This document shows positions 19,077 through 28,604 of a stretch of DNA of 64,000 nucleotides, one piece after another. The first letter of the stretch is position 1; each line of letters begins with the position of its first letter. The notes below the pieces were generated by a model, which was given only the letters and a program-made list of their open reading frames with translations, searched no databases and was not told where the DNA came from. Source of the stretch: an uncultured Actinomycetota bacterium (lineage in GTDB: Bacteria > Actinomycetota > Thermoleophilia > RBG-16-64-13). The translations under genes and the position numbers were made by a program. The stretch is from positions 102,501-166,500 of the forward strand of contig CAWJKE010000007.1 of the NCBI GenBank assembly GCA_963843455.1, in the 5' to 3' direction.

Positions 19077-20395
19077 GCCGCCGCTACGTGGTGGTGGGGA
19101 GCGGCCCGGCAGCCTTCCAGGCCTGCGAGTCCATCAGGACCGTCGACACAACCGGCGACATCACCGTCATCGGTCGGGAGCCCGAGGCCTACTACTCTCG
19201 GCCCGGCCTCGCGTACTACCTGGCGGACGAGGTCAGCGAGGACGGGCTTTTCCCCTTGCGCGGGCAGGCATTGGCGCGGGTGGGGGCAGCATTCGTCTTG
19301 GGCACCGCTGAGGAAGTGCGCCCAGCGCACCATCAGGTGGCCCTCGACGACGGACAGGTCTTCGACTACGACCGCCTGCTTCTCGCTACGGGCTCCACGG
19401 CCATTATTCCGGCTGTGGAGGGCGTGGAACTGGATGGTGTGGTCACGCTGGACGACATGGGGGATGCCCGGGCCATCATCGCGCGCAGCCGGCAGGCTAA
19501 GGCCGCGGTCGTGGTCGGGGGCGGCATCACGGCTCTGGAGATCGTCGAAGGGTTGCTCGCCCGCAAGGTCAAGGTCCACTACCTGATGCGCAAAGAGCGC
19601 TACTGGAGCAACGTGCTCGCGGAGGCTGAGTCGCGGCTGGTCGAAGATCGTCTGCGCCGGTGCGGGGTGGCCATCCACTACTTCAGCGAGCTCGGGCGGA
19701 TCCTGGGACGCAAAGGACGGGTGGCCGGCGTGGAGACCACTGAGGGAGAGGTCATCCCCTGCCAGATGGTCGGCTTGGCCATCGGGGTGACGCCGCGGAA
19801 GCGACTGGCCGAAGCAGCCGGACTGGTGTGCGGGCGCGGAGTGATAGTGGACGAGCACCTTCGGTCGAGCGATCCCGACATCTTCGCTGCCGGCGACCTC
19901 GCGGAGACCCGGGACGCGGCCACCGGCCGCTCCACCATGGAGGTGTTGTGGAGTTCGGCCGTCGATAAGGGCCGGGTGGCGGGACTGAACATGGCAGCGA
20001 CGACGGCCCCGGAGCACGTCTACAGCAAGGCGTTGCCGCTCAATGTCACGCGGCTGGCCGGCTACCGGGTGACGATCATGGGCCGCGTGGGAAGCGGCGA
20101 GGACGCCGACCTCAAAGGCATTGCCCGAGGCGACAGCGAGACCTGGCGCCGAATGGGCGAGGCGACCACGGTGACGTCCGATTCGAAAGACACACACCTC
20201 CGCCTGGTCCTCGAGGACGACACGATTGGAGGGGCTGTGGTGATGGGCGACCAAGAGGCGTCGTTCCCTCTGCAGGGTCTCACCGCTTTCCGTGTCCCTC
20301 TGGGGGCCGCAAGGGACCGGTTACTGGAGCCGCGCGCCGATCTGGTCCCGCTGCTCGATCAGACGTGGCAGGCGTACCGGAGGCGCCATGCTTAG
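19073..20395 (+). CDS. FAD-dependent pyridine nucleotide-disulfide oxidoreductase (ferredoxin/rubredoxin reductase-like)
   Basis: Two Rossmann dinucleotide motifs (VVVGSGPAAF, AVVVGGGITALE), AAGDLAE FAD motif; class-I FAD/NAD(P)H oxidoreductase architecture. Confidence 0.8.
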   Translation: MSRRYVVVGSGPAAFQACESIRTVDTTGDITVIGREPEAYYSRPGLAYYLADEVSEDGLFPLRGQALARVGAAFVLGTAEEVRPAHHQVALDDGQVFDYDRLLLATGSTAIIPAVEGVELDGVVTLDDMGDARAIIARSRQAKAAVVVGGGITALEIVEGLLARKVKVHYLMRKERYWSNVLAEAESRLVEDRLRRCGVAIHYFSELGRILGRKGRVAGVETTEGEVIPCQMVGLAIGVTPRKRLAEAAGLVCGRGVIVDEHLRSSDPDIFAAGDLAETRDAATGRSTMEVLWSSAVDKGRVAGLNMAATTAPEHVYSKALPLNVTRLAGYRVTIMGRVGSGEDADLKGIARGDSETWRRMGEATTVTSDSKDTHLRLVLEDDTIGGAVVMGDQEASFPLQGLTAFRVPLGAARDRLLEPRADLVPLLDQTWQAYRRRHA

Positions 20396-20984
20396 CAGGA
20401 ACAAGGAGCTGTGGTTCGCGCTAGCCGCCATCGTTGTGATCACCGCGGGCTATTCCGCTTTCACCGCGGCCGCCAGCCGGCTGCCTGCTGCCTCCCATCT
20501 GCTCGGCCACGGCATCGGCATTCTGGGATTCGTGCTGATGCTCATGACCGAGACCCTCTACACGCTGAGGAAGCGCGCGAAGAGCGCGCGCTGGGGGAGG
20601 GTCTCGAAGTGGCTGAAGTTTCACATCTTCACGGGGCTGGTTGGTCCTTACATGGTGCTTCTTCATCCCGCGATGAGGTTCCGGGGTCTCGCCGCGGTGC
20701 TGAGTTTGCTGACGGTCGTCGTGGTTGCCAGCGGCGTTGTCGGCCGTTACATCTACACGCGCGTCCCGCGGACCGTCGAGATCCCGGTGGTGGGGCAGGC
20801 CGTCACGCCACCAGGCGTCGCTCCGGGGCCGGCGAGCGCGGTCCTGCCGTTGGCGCGCGTGACGCCCGCCAGGAAAGGCCTCGCCACCTGGCGCGCTGTG
20901 CACGTGCCGCTCACGTTTGTGCTCTTCATCGTCGCCTTCGTCCACATCGTCGGAGCCGTGTATTATGCGACGCTTCTCCGCTGA
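20388..20984 (+). CDS. 5-TM membrane protein with conserved His, putative di-heme b-type cytochrome (DUF4405-like)
   Basis: Five TM helices carrying HLLGH, FHIF, LLHP, AVHV, FVHIV; sits between the oxidoreductase and the multiheme cytochrome. Start at internal ATG 20388 (8-nt overlap with upstream gene). Confidence 0.4.
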   Translation: MLSRNKELWFALAAIVVITAGYSAFTAAASRLPAASHLLGHGIGILGFVLMLMTETLYTLRKRAKSARWGRVSKWLKFHIFTGLVGPYMVLLHPAMRFRGLAAVLSLLTVVVVASGVVGRYIYTRVPRTVEIPVVGQAVTPPGVAPGPASAVLPLARVTPARKGLATWRAVHVPLTFVLFIVAFVHIVGAVYYATLLR

Positions 20985-21038
20985 GTCCGGCCGGGCAGCG
21001 CCCGGGCCCACCGGGCCTGAGTCCCACCGGGAGGACCT

Positions 21039-22274
21039 ATGAGCCGCCGCCGGTTGGTGACTCCCCTCGGCGTAGCGCTGCTGATTCTTGCGGTGGCCGG
21101 GCTCATCGGGTGGGGCCTTACCCGGGGATCATCGATGTTCAGCCCCGGCGCGCTGAACGCGCAGGCCAAGACGCTGACCCTCGGGGGGGTCAGTTCTCAC
21201 GCGGCCCTCGCCGACGACTGCAGCGCCTGCCACGCCATCCCATTCTCGGCGGAGACGATGGCGAGCCGCTGCCTTGGCTGCCACGAGGACGTACAGCAAG
21301 AGATCTCCTCCCGTGCCGGCCTGCATGGCCGACTCGTCGCCCGCGGCTGGAGCGGGGCGTCGTGCGTAGCCTGCCACCCTGAGCATCAGGGAGCGACGGG
21401 CGCTCTAACCGCACTCGACAAGTCTTTTCCGCACGATATCGTGGACTTCTCCCTGCGGGCTCATAGAGGGGAGACAAGTTGCCAAGACTGCCACCCCGCG
21501 GATTTCAGGACCTTCGACATGACGACCTGCGCCGCCTGTCACGAGCAGATGGACCAGGCCTTCATGGCCCAGCACACCGCAGCCTTTGGGACCAAGTGCG
21601 TGCCCTGTCACGACGGGGTCGATCGGTACGGCGAGAACTTCGATCACAACAAGCTGGCGTTCCCACTCACCGGAGGCCACGCGGGGGTCGAGTGCGGTTC
21701 TTGTCACGCCAACGCGACCTCGGTGGAAGCGCTGCAGAACACTTCCCAGGATTGCTACTCCTGCCACGCCAAGGACGACGAGCACGCCGGTGAGTTCGGC
21801 ACTGACTGCGGGAGTTGCCATACCGCCAATGGCTGGTCTGAGGTCACGTTCGACCACTCGAAGTCGTCGTTCCCGCTGGTAGGGGGGCATGCCGGTATCG
21901 CCTGCGACAAGTGCCACGTAGGTGGCAAGTTCTCCGGGACGACGGCCGACTGCGTGTCGTGCCACGCCGAGCCCGCTTTCCACGCGGGGGCCTTTGGCTC
22001 CCAGAGCACGCAGTGCGCTTCTTGTCACACTGCTACAGCCTGGACGCCGGCCAAGTCGGACTTCGACCATAGCGTCTTCCCGCTCGATCATGGTAGCGAG
22101 GAGCAGGTACCCACGTGCAAGACCTGCCATCCCACCACGGTCACCGAATACACCTGTCTGGGGTGTCACGCCCATTCGGCAGACAACGTCGTGGCTGAGC
22201 ACGAGGGCACCCCGCTAGACCAGTTGCTGAAGGATTGCGTCCGTTGCCATCCGAGGGGTCGCAACGCCGACTAG
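21039..22274 (+). CDS. membrane-anchored multiheme cytochrome c, 15 CxxCH, c7/c3-type triheme repeats
   Basis: 15 CxxCH motifs in 411 aa; repeated F-D-H-x-K-x-x-F-P-L-x-G-G-H-A-G-x-x-C-x-x-C-H modules as in poly-c7 cytochromes; N-terminal signal anchor. Confidence 0.9.
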   Translation: MSRRRLVTPLGVALLILAVAGLIGWGLTRGSSMFSPGALNAQAKTLTLGGVSSHAALADDCSACHAIPFSAETMASRCLGCHEDVQQEISSRAGLHGRLVARGWSGASCVACHPEHQGATGALTALDKSFPHDIVDFSLRAHRGETSCQDCHPADFRTFDMTTCAACHEQMDQAFMAQHTAAFGTKCVPCHDGVDRYGENFDHNKLAFPLTGGHAGVECGSCHANATSVEALQNTSQDCYSCHAKDDEHAGEFGTDCGSCHTANGWSEVTFDHSKSSFPLVGGHAGIACDKCHVGGKFSGTTADCVSCHAEPAFHAGAFGSQSTQCASCHTATAWTPAKSDFDHSVFPLDHGSEEQVPTCKTCHPTTVTEYTCLGCHAHSADNVVAEHEGTPLDQLLKDCVRCHPRGRNAD

Positions 22275-22494
22275 CCGCGGCCGATAGCAGCCGCGCTGGA
22301 TGCATGTTTAGAGTCGCAGCTTTGGTGGTAGCGAAGAACCACTTGCGCAGCAGTGAACAATCGGTTTGTCCTGGTGTGGAAGGATTCTACCTGGGTGCCG
22401 AGAGTGAAGGGAGGGCTCAAGCGTCGCGGGGTGTAGCGTTCATCATCGAAGGGGTGCTGATTCGTTCTTGTAGTGTCTCGGATGGGTTGAAGGG

Positions 22495-24086
22495 GTGACA
22501 AGTGTGAAGATGCTGATCTCTCTCGGTAAGCCACTCGCTCGCCGGAGGTGGCCCTTGGCCATCCTGGCGATCGTGGCGGTCGGAGCGCTCGCCGGAGGCC
22601 TGCTGTTCGTGTTCGCCGCGTCGCCGGCCATCGCCACCGGCGCCCGCCGGGACCACGGTGGTATACAACATGTTCGCCACCGACGGCTACGTCGCGCTTC
22701 CGGACGGCGGGGCCATCTACAACTACGGCTTCGTAGGCGGTCGCGCGGGCAAGCCCCTGACCTACGCCAAGAGCGTGACTCCGTCGGACTCCGGACGGTG
22801 GCAGACGGCGCGTACGGTGGCTTCACCTACAATGGCAACGGTACTTTGGCGGGCGGCGCTCCGACGCCGACCCCGGGGATCGCCGTGGGTGACGAGAAGG
22901 AGCTCGCCGGGAACGCGCAGTGGCCGGCCCCGATCGTGTACGCAACCGTGGGTGACGTGGTGCAGATCCGGTTCAAGAACCTTGGTGTTGTTGCCAACCC
23001 GAGGCGCCGAACGACCCGCACAGCATCCACCTGCACGGGCTCGACGTGAACGCGGCCAATGACGGCGTCCCCGAGACGTCCGTCGGCGCTGTGCCGGCAA
23101 ACGCCATTGACGCCCAAGGCCACAGTATCCCTGGTGCGGGCAACGTCATCGTCTACATGTTCTCGCCGAAGAACGCGGGGACGTACATGTATCACTGCCA
23201 TCAGGAAGCCGACATCCACGTGCAGATGGGCATGTACGGCGCTCTGGTGATCTACAACCAGGGTGACGCCGCCGCCGCCACCGGCCCCGGTGCGGGCAAG
23301 GGCGGCCAGCTCTTCGGCTGGACCTACGACAAGGACTACGTGCAGTTGCTCACGGAGATAGACACCCGCCAGCACGGCGACGAGGATGGCCAGCCCGGCA
23401 TCTTCAAGGGAGACTACCAGGGTGGCTGGAACCCGGTCAACTACCATCCCCAGTACTGGCAGATCAACGGTCTGTCGTTCCCCAACACCATCCACGTGGG
23501 ACTGCCGGGCGCCAACGGATGGGCCGACTGGATAGCCGCGCACCCGGGATACGACCCGTTCATCACTGGGAGCGTGAGCAAGACCCACACGAACCCTGCG
23601 ATCCCCAAAGGGGACAAGGTCCTCCTGCGGATGATCAACATGGGTTTCGAGACCCAGCCCATCCACATGCACGGCTTCCACGCGAAGGTCATCGGCTCCG
23701 ACCAACGCGGCTGGACCTGGGCGAACAAAGCTCTGGTCACCCCGTGGGGCCAGGGCGACGAGAAGCAGACCCTCACCATCGGATCCGGTGAGACGTACGA
23801 GTGGCTGATCAACATGGGTCAGCAGAGCGTGCAGTCCACCTACCCGGCGGGAACCCAGACGCGCTACGATGCGAACGGCTTGCCGGTAGCCAACACCGAC
23901 ACCTCGAAGACGCCGATAACGAACCCCGATGGTACCGACTACATCGCGGGTCCGCCTGTCTTTGGAGCTAACGGTCTGCCGACGCCAGGGCAGTTGTTCC
24001 CCATGCACAACCACGACGACTACAAAGCGACCAACAACGGTGTGTACCCAGGTGGGATGTTCACGATGATCGAGACGCTCCCGTAG
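22495..24086 (+). pseudogene. multicopper oxidase (signal peptide + cupredoxin domains), reading frame broken by three frameshifts
   Basis: MCO sequence is continuous only when read in frame A (22495-~22640), then B (~22640-~22790), then A (~22790-~23000), then C (to 24086). It contains HSIHLHGL, YMYHCHQEADIHVQMGMYG (T1 Cu HCH...H...M) and IHMHGFH copper motifs. Confidence 0.7.
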
Positions 24087-24169
24087 TGTCTCGATCCCGG
24101 GCGGTAGCTGCCTCCGGCGGGGGCAGCTACCGCCGTTTCAGCGTCATCGACCAACACTCCTGAGAGGGG

Positions 24170-25048
24170 GTGGGTGCAGTGGTTTCAAGTGCCGTGAGGC
24201 CTCTGATCGTCGTCGCCGGGCTTGTTCTCGCGTTTCTCGGACTCGCCGGTTGCGGCGCTCAGGTGACCACAGCCCCCGAGTCCGACAAGGTGCTGGCCGT
24301 CCAGTCGCAGATGCCATTCCAGATCATGATCCCCAGTTATCTCCCCAAGGAGTTCGACCGCAAGATCATGGAGATAACCGTGGACCAGGCCGGTCCGGGC
24401 GGCGAACCGATGGTGCAGCTCGCTTATCGCACCAAGAAGGGGGCTACGGTGACCCTCCAGGAGTGGGTCCCCGTCAATCCCGACCAGGAGATCCTGAACG
24501 CCTCGCGCCCCATCCAGACGAAGTGGGGCCGGGGCTGGAACCTTGACCAGGGAGATCAACTCGCGGCCATCTGGGCGGACGTGGGGCCCACACGGGTGTC
24601 GCTGTACACAGCCGACGTGGGCACCGTGTCGAACGAGCGGCTTCTCGCGATCGCTGAGACCCTCGGGCCGGCCTCGAACAAGGTGGTGTTCTCCTTCGAC
24701 GCGGCGCCCAAACAGATCGAGGAAATGGCCGCTCCTCCCGCGTACGTGGTGCCGACGAACGCCGTGGGGGTGCAGGAGGTGACCCTGGTGGTGACGCCGG
24801 GGGGCTACTCGCCCCTCCGCTTCTCGGTGAAGGCGGGCGTTCCGGTCAAACTCACCTTCAGGCAATTGGGCGAGGTGGGGTGCGGCAGCGAGCTTATCTT
24901 CCCCGCGGACCCGAACAACCCGGCATCGCTCCAACTGGTCAAGCCCACCGACGAGCAGACGATCGAGTTCACGCCCACCCAGGTGGGGGTTTTCGAGTTC
25001 CACTGCTCGCATCAGATGTATCGCGGTCTGATGACGGTGCGGGAGTGA
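24170..25048 (+). CDS. lipoprotein with C-terminal cupredoxin-like domain
   Basis: Lipobox LAGCGA; C-terminal EFTPTQVGVFEFHCSHQMYRGLMTV resembles the Cys-His-Met copper site of cupredoxin_1-type domains. Confidence 0.55.
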   Translation: MGAVVSSAVRPLIVVAGLVLAFLGLAGCGAQVTTAPESDKVLAVQSQMPFQIMIPSYLPKEFDRKIMEITVDQAGPGGEPMVQLAYRTKKGATVTLQEWVPVNPDQEILNASRPIQTKWGRGWNLDQGDQLAAIWADVGPTRVSLYTADVGTVSNERLLAIAETLGPASNKVVFSFDAAPKQIEEMAAPPAYVVPTNAVGVQEVTLVVTPGGYSPLRFSVKAGVPVKLTFRQLGEVGCGSELIFPADPNNPASLQLVKPTDEQTIEFTPTQVGVFEFHCSHQMYRGLMTVRE

Positions 25049-25650
25049 TCCTGAACGCCGTCGGGACCTTTCTCCACCCCCGCCGGGCGCTCCTCGCGCC
25101 GGCCGCTCTCGCCGCGACCACGTTCCTCATGGCGGCCGTGCTCTTTCTCGCGGGTTGGTCTCTGACCGGCTGCGGGGGGGAGGCGGGCGCCGCGGTTTCC
25201 ACGTCGGGATCTGAGGCCGAGAACCAGGCGCCCATCGGCACCTACACGGATTCGCCGGCGCCCTCGGGCTCGCTCCCGGGCGCTTCCAACGCAGACGGGG
25301 CGACCGCCTCGCAGACGAGCGACCCCGAGGAGGAGGCGGATCTCAAGAAGGTCGAACTGCTCGGGGTTGCGCTCGCCGCCGACGGGGCGTACGTTACGGT
25401 GCAGTTCAAAGCGCCGCCACGTCTCGCCAAGACCTGGCAGACGGGAGAGGTGTGGGTGACCGACGAGTCCACTCAGACCGTGTACGACCACATCCCCGTT
25501 ATGCCTGTGCTGGGGGCGCTGTTCGGCCGGCCTGTCGAAGACGGCCAGATCGGCTACGTCATGTTCAGCAACCTGCCGCCGCTGGCGGCCGGGGCCCAGG
25601 TGACCGTCGTGCTCGGGGGTTTCACCCAGGAACATGTCAGGGTGCAGTAG
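25045..25650 (+). CDS. lipoprotein (hypothetical)
   Basis: In-frame GTG at 25045 overlapping the upstream stop; signal HPRRALLAPAALAATTFLMAAVLFLAGWSLTGCGG with lipobox. No recognised domain. Confidence 0.4.
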   Translation: MILNAVGTFLHPRRALLAPAALAATTFLMAAVLFLAGWSLTGCGGEAGAAVSTSGSEAENQAPIGTYTDSPAPSGSLPGASNADGATASQTSDPEEEADLKKVELLGVALAADGAYVTVQFKAPPRLAKTWQTGEVWVTDESTQTVYDHIPVMPVLGALFGRPVEDGQIGYVMFSNLPPLAAGAQVTVVLGGFTQEHVRVQ

Positions 25651-25690
25651 AAAGTAGTGGTCCAGTAGAAACGACCGGGAGGGAGTCCGC

Positions 25691-26215
25691 ATGAACGTCG
25701 CGCTGAAAGTCATCGCAGTGGTGATCATAGTCCTCGCGCTGGTCATTGGCATCGTGCCGCAGTTCACCAACTGCGAGTACGCCAAGAGTATGGCGACTCC
25801 GGCGAGCACGGCGACTACCATGGCGACCCCGACGACCATGATGGGATCGCAATCGACCACGCCTACAACGATGGCTAAGGCTGCGACGACGACCAAACCC
25901 CGCTGCTTCTACACGGCCCGCGGGGAAATCGCGGTTGCCGTTCCGCTTCTCATCATCGGTATCTTCATGCTCATCAGTTCCCGCAAGGAGACATGGCGGG
26001 CCCTTTCGGTTCTGGGGATCGTCGAAGGATTGTTCGTTATCCTGCTGCCTACCGTGCTCATTGGCATCTGCATGAAGAGCACCATGACCTGCCGACAGGA
26101 GATGGAGCCGACACTCTATGCCGCCGGCGGGCTGGTGATCGTCGCCAGTCTGGCCGCCTTGATCATGAACGAGCTTCGCGGACGGGCGGCTCGCAACGCG
26201 GAAGTCACAGACTAG
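25691..26215 (+). CDS. DUF4418 family membrane protein
   Basis: Four TM helices and conserved Cys pattern (PQFTNC, KPRC, LIGICMKSTMTC) characteristic of DUF4418, which typically precedes FtsX-type ABC permeases. Confidence 0.55.
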   Translation: MNVALKVIAVVIIVLALVIGIVPQFTNCEYAKSMATPASTATTMATPTTMMGSQSTTPTTMAKAATTTKPRCFYTARGEIAVAVPLLIIGIFMLISSRKETWRALSVLGIVEGLFVILLPTVLIGICMKSTMTCRQEMEPTLYAAGGLVIVASLAALIMNELRGRAARNAEVTD

Positions 26216-26236
26216 CCGGGGCCGAGGAGCATCTGG

Positions 26237-27436
26237 GTGAAGTTCAAGCCCCTCCTGCTTCTCGCGCTACGCGGGATATCGGGCAGCGCCTTCCGGAGTT
26301 GGCTGATCGGCTTCTGCGCGCTTGTGATCGCGGGGTTCGCGCTCTCCACTGTCTTGGTGATGCAGGGGGCCCGCAGCAGCCTCGACCTGACGTTGACCCG
26401 TCTGGGAGCCGACATACTTGTGGTCCCGCAGGGCGCGGAAGAGCAGACCCAGGGGGCGTTGCTCATGGGACAGGCGGTCAAGGAATTCATGCCCATGAGC
26501 AAGCTGGCGGAGATAGCGGCCGTCCCGGGCGTGGAGAAGGCCTCCCCGCAGCTCTACCTCGAGTCGCTCGCCGATGCGCCCTGCTGTTCAGTGGCCAACA
26601 TGTTCATGGTCGCCTACGACCCCGACACCGATTTCACGCTCGGCCCCTGGCTCACGCAGAAGATCGGGCGGGATCTGACGCTGGGTGAGGCCGTCGGGGG
26701 TAACTACGTGTTCGTCCCCGAAGGCGAAGAGAATATCGAGCTCTACGGCTACATCCTCTCCCTGGAAAGCAACCTCGAGCCGACCGGCACCAACCTGGAC
26801 AACAGCATCTTCATCACCTTCGAGACGGCGCGCGAAATGGCGCGCCTGTCTCAGCACAACGCCGTGACGCCTCTCGTCGTGCCCGATGATTCCACTTCGT
26901 CCGTGCTGGTCAAGGTGGCGCCCGGCTACGACCCCAAGGCCGTGGCGGTGGACATCTTCAACCGGGTGCAAGGCGTTACTCCCGTCCAAAGTCCCGAGAT
27001 GTTCGGCACGTTCCGCAACCAGGTATCCGGGGTGCTGCGGGCGATGCTCCTGGTACTCGGACTGGCTCTCGGCCTGTCGCTGCTGCTCATCGGCTTCGTG
27101 TTCTCCATCGCCGTCAACGAGCGACGCCGCCATATAGGGGTGCTCCGGGCGCTGGGGGCTACCCGCGGGGCTGTGATCGTCTCGCTCCTGACCGAAGCCA
27201 CGATCCTCGCCACGGCGGGGGCGGTCGTCGGCGTGATACTTGCCGCGGTGGGGATCTACCTGTTCCGCGACCTGCTGGGGACTTCTCTGGGCTTCTTCGT
27301 CTTTCCCTCGCCAGGGGTGGTCGTCGGGATGGTCTTCGCCGGGCTGGTGCTGGCCATCGCCTGCGTGGCCGTTGCCGCCGCTGTGCCTGCGCTGCGGATC
27401 AGTCGCCAGGAACCCGCCATCTCCATGAGAGAGTGA
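26237..27436 (+). CDS. ABC transporter permease, FtsX-like (MacB-type)
   Basis: N-terminal TM, large extracytoplasmic domain, C-terminal FtsX 3-TM bundle (...NERRRHIGVLRALGATRGAVIVSLLTEA...). Confidence 0.8.
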   Translation: MKFKPLLLLALRGISGSAFRSWLIGFCALVIAGFALSTVLVMQGARSSLDLTLTRLGADILVVPQGAEEQTQGALLMGQAVKEFMPMSKLAEIAAVPGVEKASPQLYLESLADAPCCSVANMFMVAYDPDTDFTLGPWLTQKIGRDLTLGEAVGGNYVFVPEGEENIELYGYILSLESNLEPTGTNLDNSIFITFETAREMARLSQHNAVTPLVVPDDSTSSVLVKVAPGYDPKAVAVDIFNRVQGVTPVQSPEMFGTFRNQVSGVLRAMLLVLGLALGLSLLLIGFVFSIAVNERRRHIGVLRALGATRGAVIVSLLTEATILATAGAVVGVILAAVGIYLFRDLLGTSLGFFVFPSPGVVVGMVFAGLVLAIACVAVAAAVPALRISRQEPAISMRE

Positions 27437-27479
27437 GGCGGTCGGGCATGAGGCTGGCACGAGCATCGAGACGCGCGAC

Positions 27480-28178
27480 GTGATCTCACTCAAGAACATC
27501 AACAAGGTCTACACCCTCCGCGACGGGCCCACCATTGCGGCGCTGCACGACGTCGACCTGGAGATTGGCCATGGCGAGTTCCTGGTCATCATCGGCCGAT
27601 CGGGCTCGGGCAAGACGACCCTTCTAAACGTTGCGGCCGGGCTCACCAAACCTACGTCGGGCACTGTCCTGCTCGACGGCACCGACGTCTGGGGCCTGTC
27701 GGACAAGCAGCAATCCCGATTACGCAACCGCAAGCTGGGATTCGTCTTCCAGTTCCCGAGTCTCATCCCGACCTTGTCCGCCTTGGAGAACGTCATGCTT
27801 CCTGTATCGCTCGGGGACCGTAACGGGAACAACGGGCACGGGCCCCCCACCGATGGCGGCCGGGCAAAGGCCGTGGAACTGCTGGAGACAGTCGGGCTGG
27901 GAGACCGCCTGGCTTCGTTCCCCCGGCAGATGTCCGCGGGCCAGCAGCAGCGGGTGGTCATAGCCCGGGCACTCATGAACGAGCCGGAGCTACTGTTCGC
28001 CGACGAGCCCAGCAGCGACCTGGACGAACAGACCGAGACAGAGATCATGACCTTGTTTGCAGACATCCACGCGCGCACCGGGGTGTCGATCATGATGGTG
28101 ACGCACGCCAGCCAGTTGATCGAGTACGGCACGCGGGCCGTGGAGATGTCGGCAGGCAGGCTGCGGGAACTCACCTAG
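27480..28178 (+). CDS. ABC transporter ATP-binding protein (MacB/LolD-type)
   Basis: Walker A GRSGSGKTT, Q-loop, signature MSAGQQQR, Walker B LLFADEPSSDLD; GTG start. Confidence 0.9.
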   Translation: MISLKNINKVYTLRDGPTIAALHDVDLEIGHGEFLVIIGRSGSGKTTLLNVAAGLTKPTSGTVLLDGTDVWGLSDKQQSRLRNRKLGFVFQFPSLIPTLSALENVMLPVSLGDRNGNNGHGPPTDGGRAKAVELLETVGLGDRLASFPRQMSAGQQQRVVIARALMNEPELLFADEPSSDLDEQTETEIMTLFADIHARTGVSIMMVTHASQLIEYGTRAVEMSAGRLRELT

Positions 28179-28503
28179 GGGGCGCCTGGGCGGCGAGCGC
28201 CGCGCGCGTCTTCCGAGCATGGGGCGCCGAGCGCCGCGTGCGTCAAGCCACCGGTTCACTCCTTCAGACACGCCACCGCTCCGGACCCACCAAGTCCCTC
28301 GCGAGCACGATGGCCGCTCGGCGTTCGGCCGTGGGCCGCGTGATAGGGCGTAGACGTGAGTGCTCACTCCAATCGGCAGCAAGCGCGATACATGCGATTA
28401 TGCAGGCTATATAGCAGTGTTTTGCAGGAAAAACAGCGGCACGATGACCTCACGATGTATAGCAACTAATGGGGAAGTGCGCTATAAGAAGTAACGGCTA
28501 CCA

Positions 28504-28532
28504 TTGACAAGAGGTCCTGTCGTCACTATCCT
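28504..28532 (+). promoter_or_regulatory. sigma-70-like promoter for the liv operon
   Basis: TTGACA (28504-28509), 17-nt spacer, TATCCT (28527-28532), in the only AT-richer intergenic stretch before the substrate-binding protein gene. Confidence 0.35.
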
Positions 28533-28604
28533 GAGGCCATCGCCTGGCCACAGGCGGTCCCGTCGTAATGGGACGGCGGGTAACGTTCAAGAAGGGGGGA
28601 TCTT

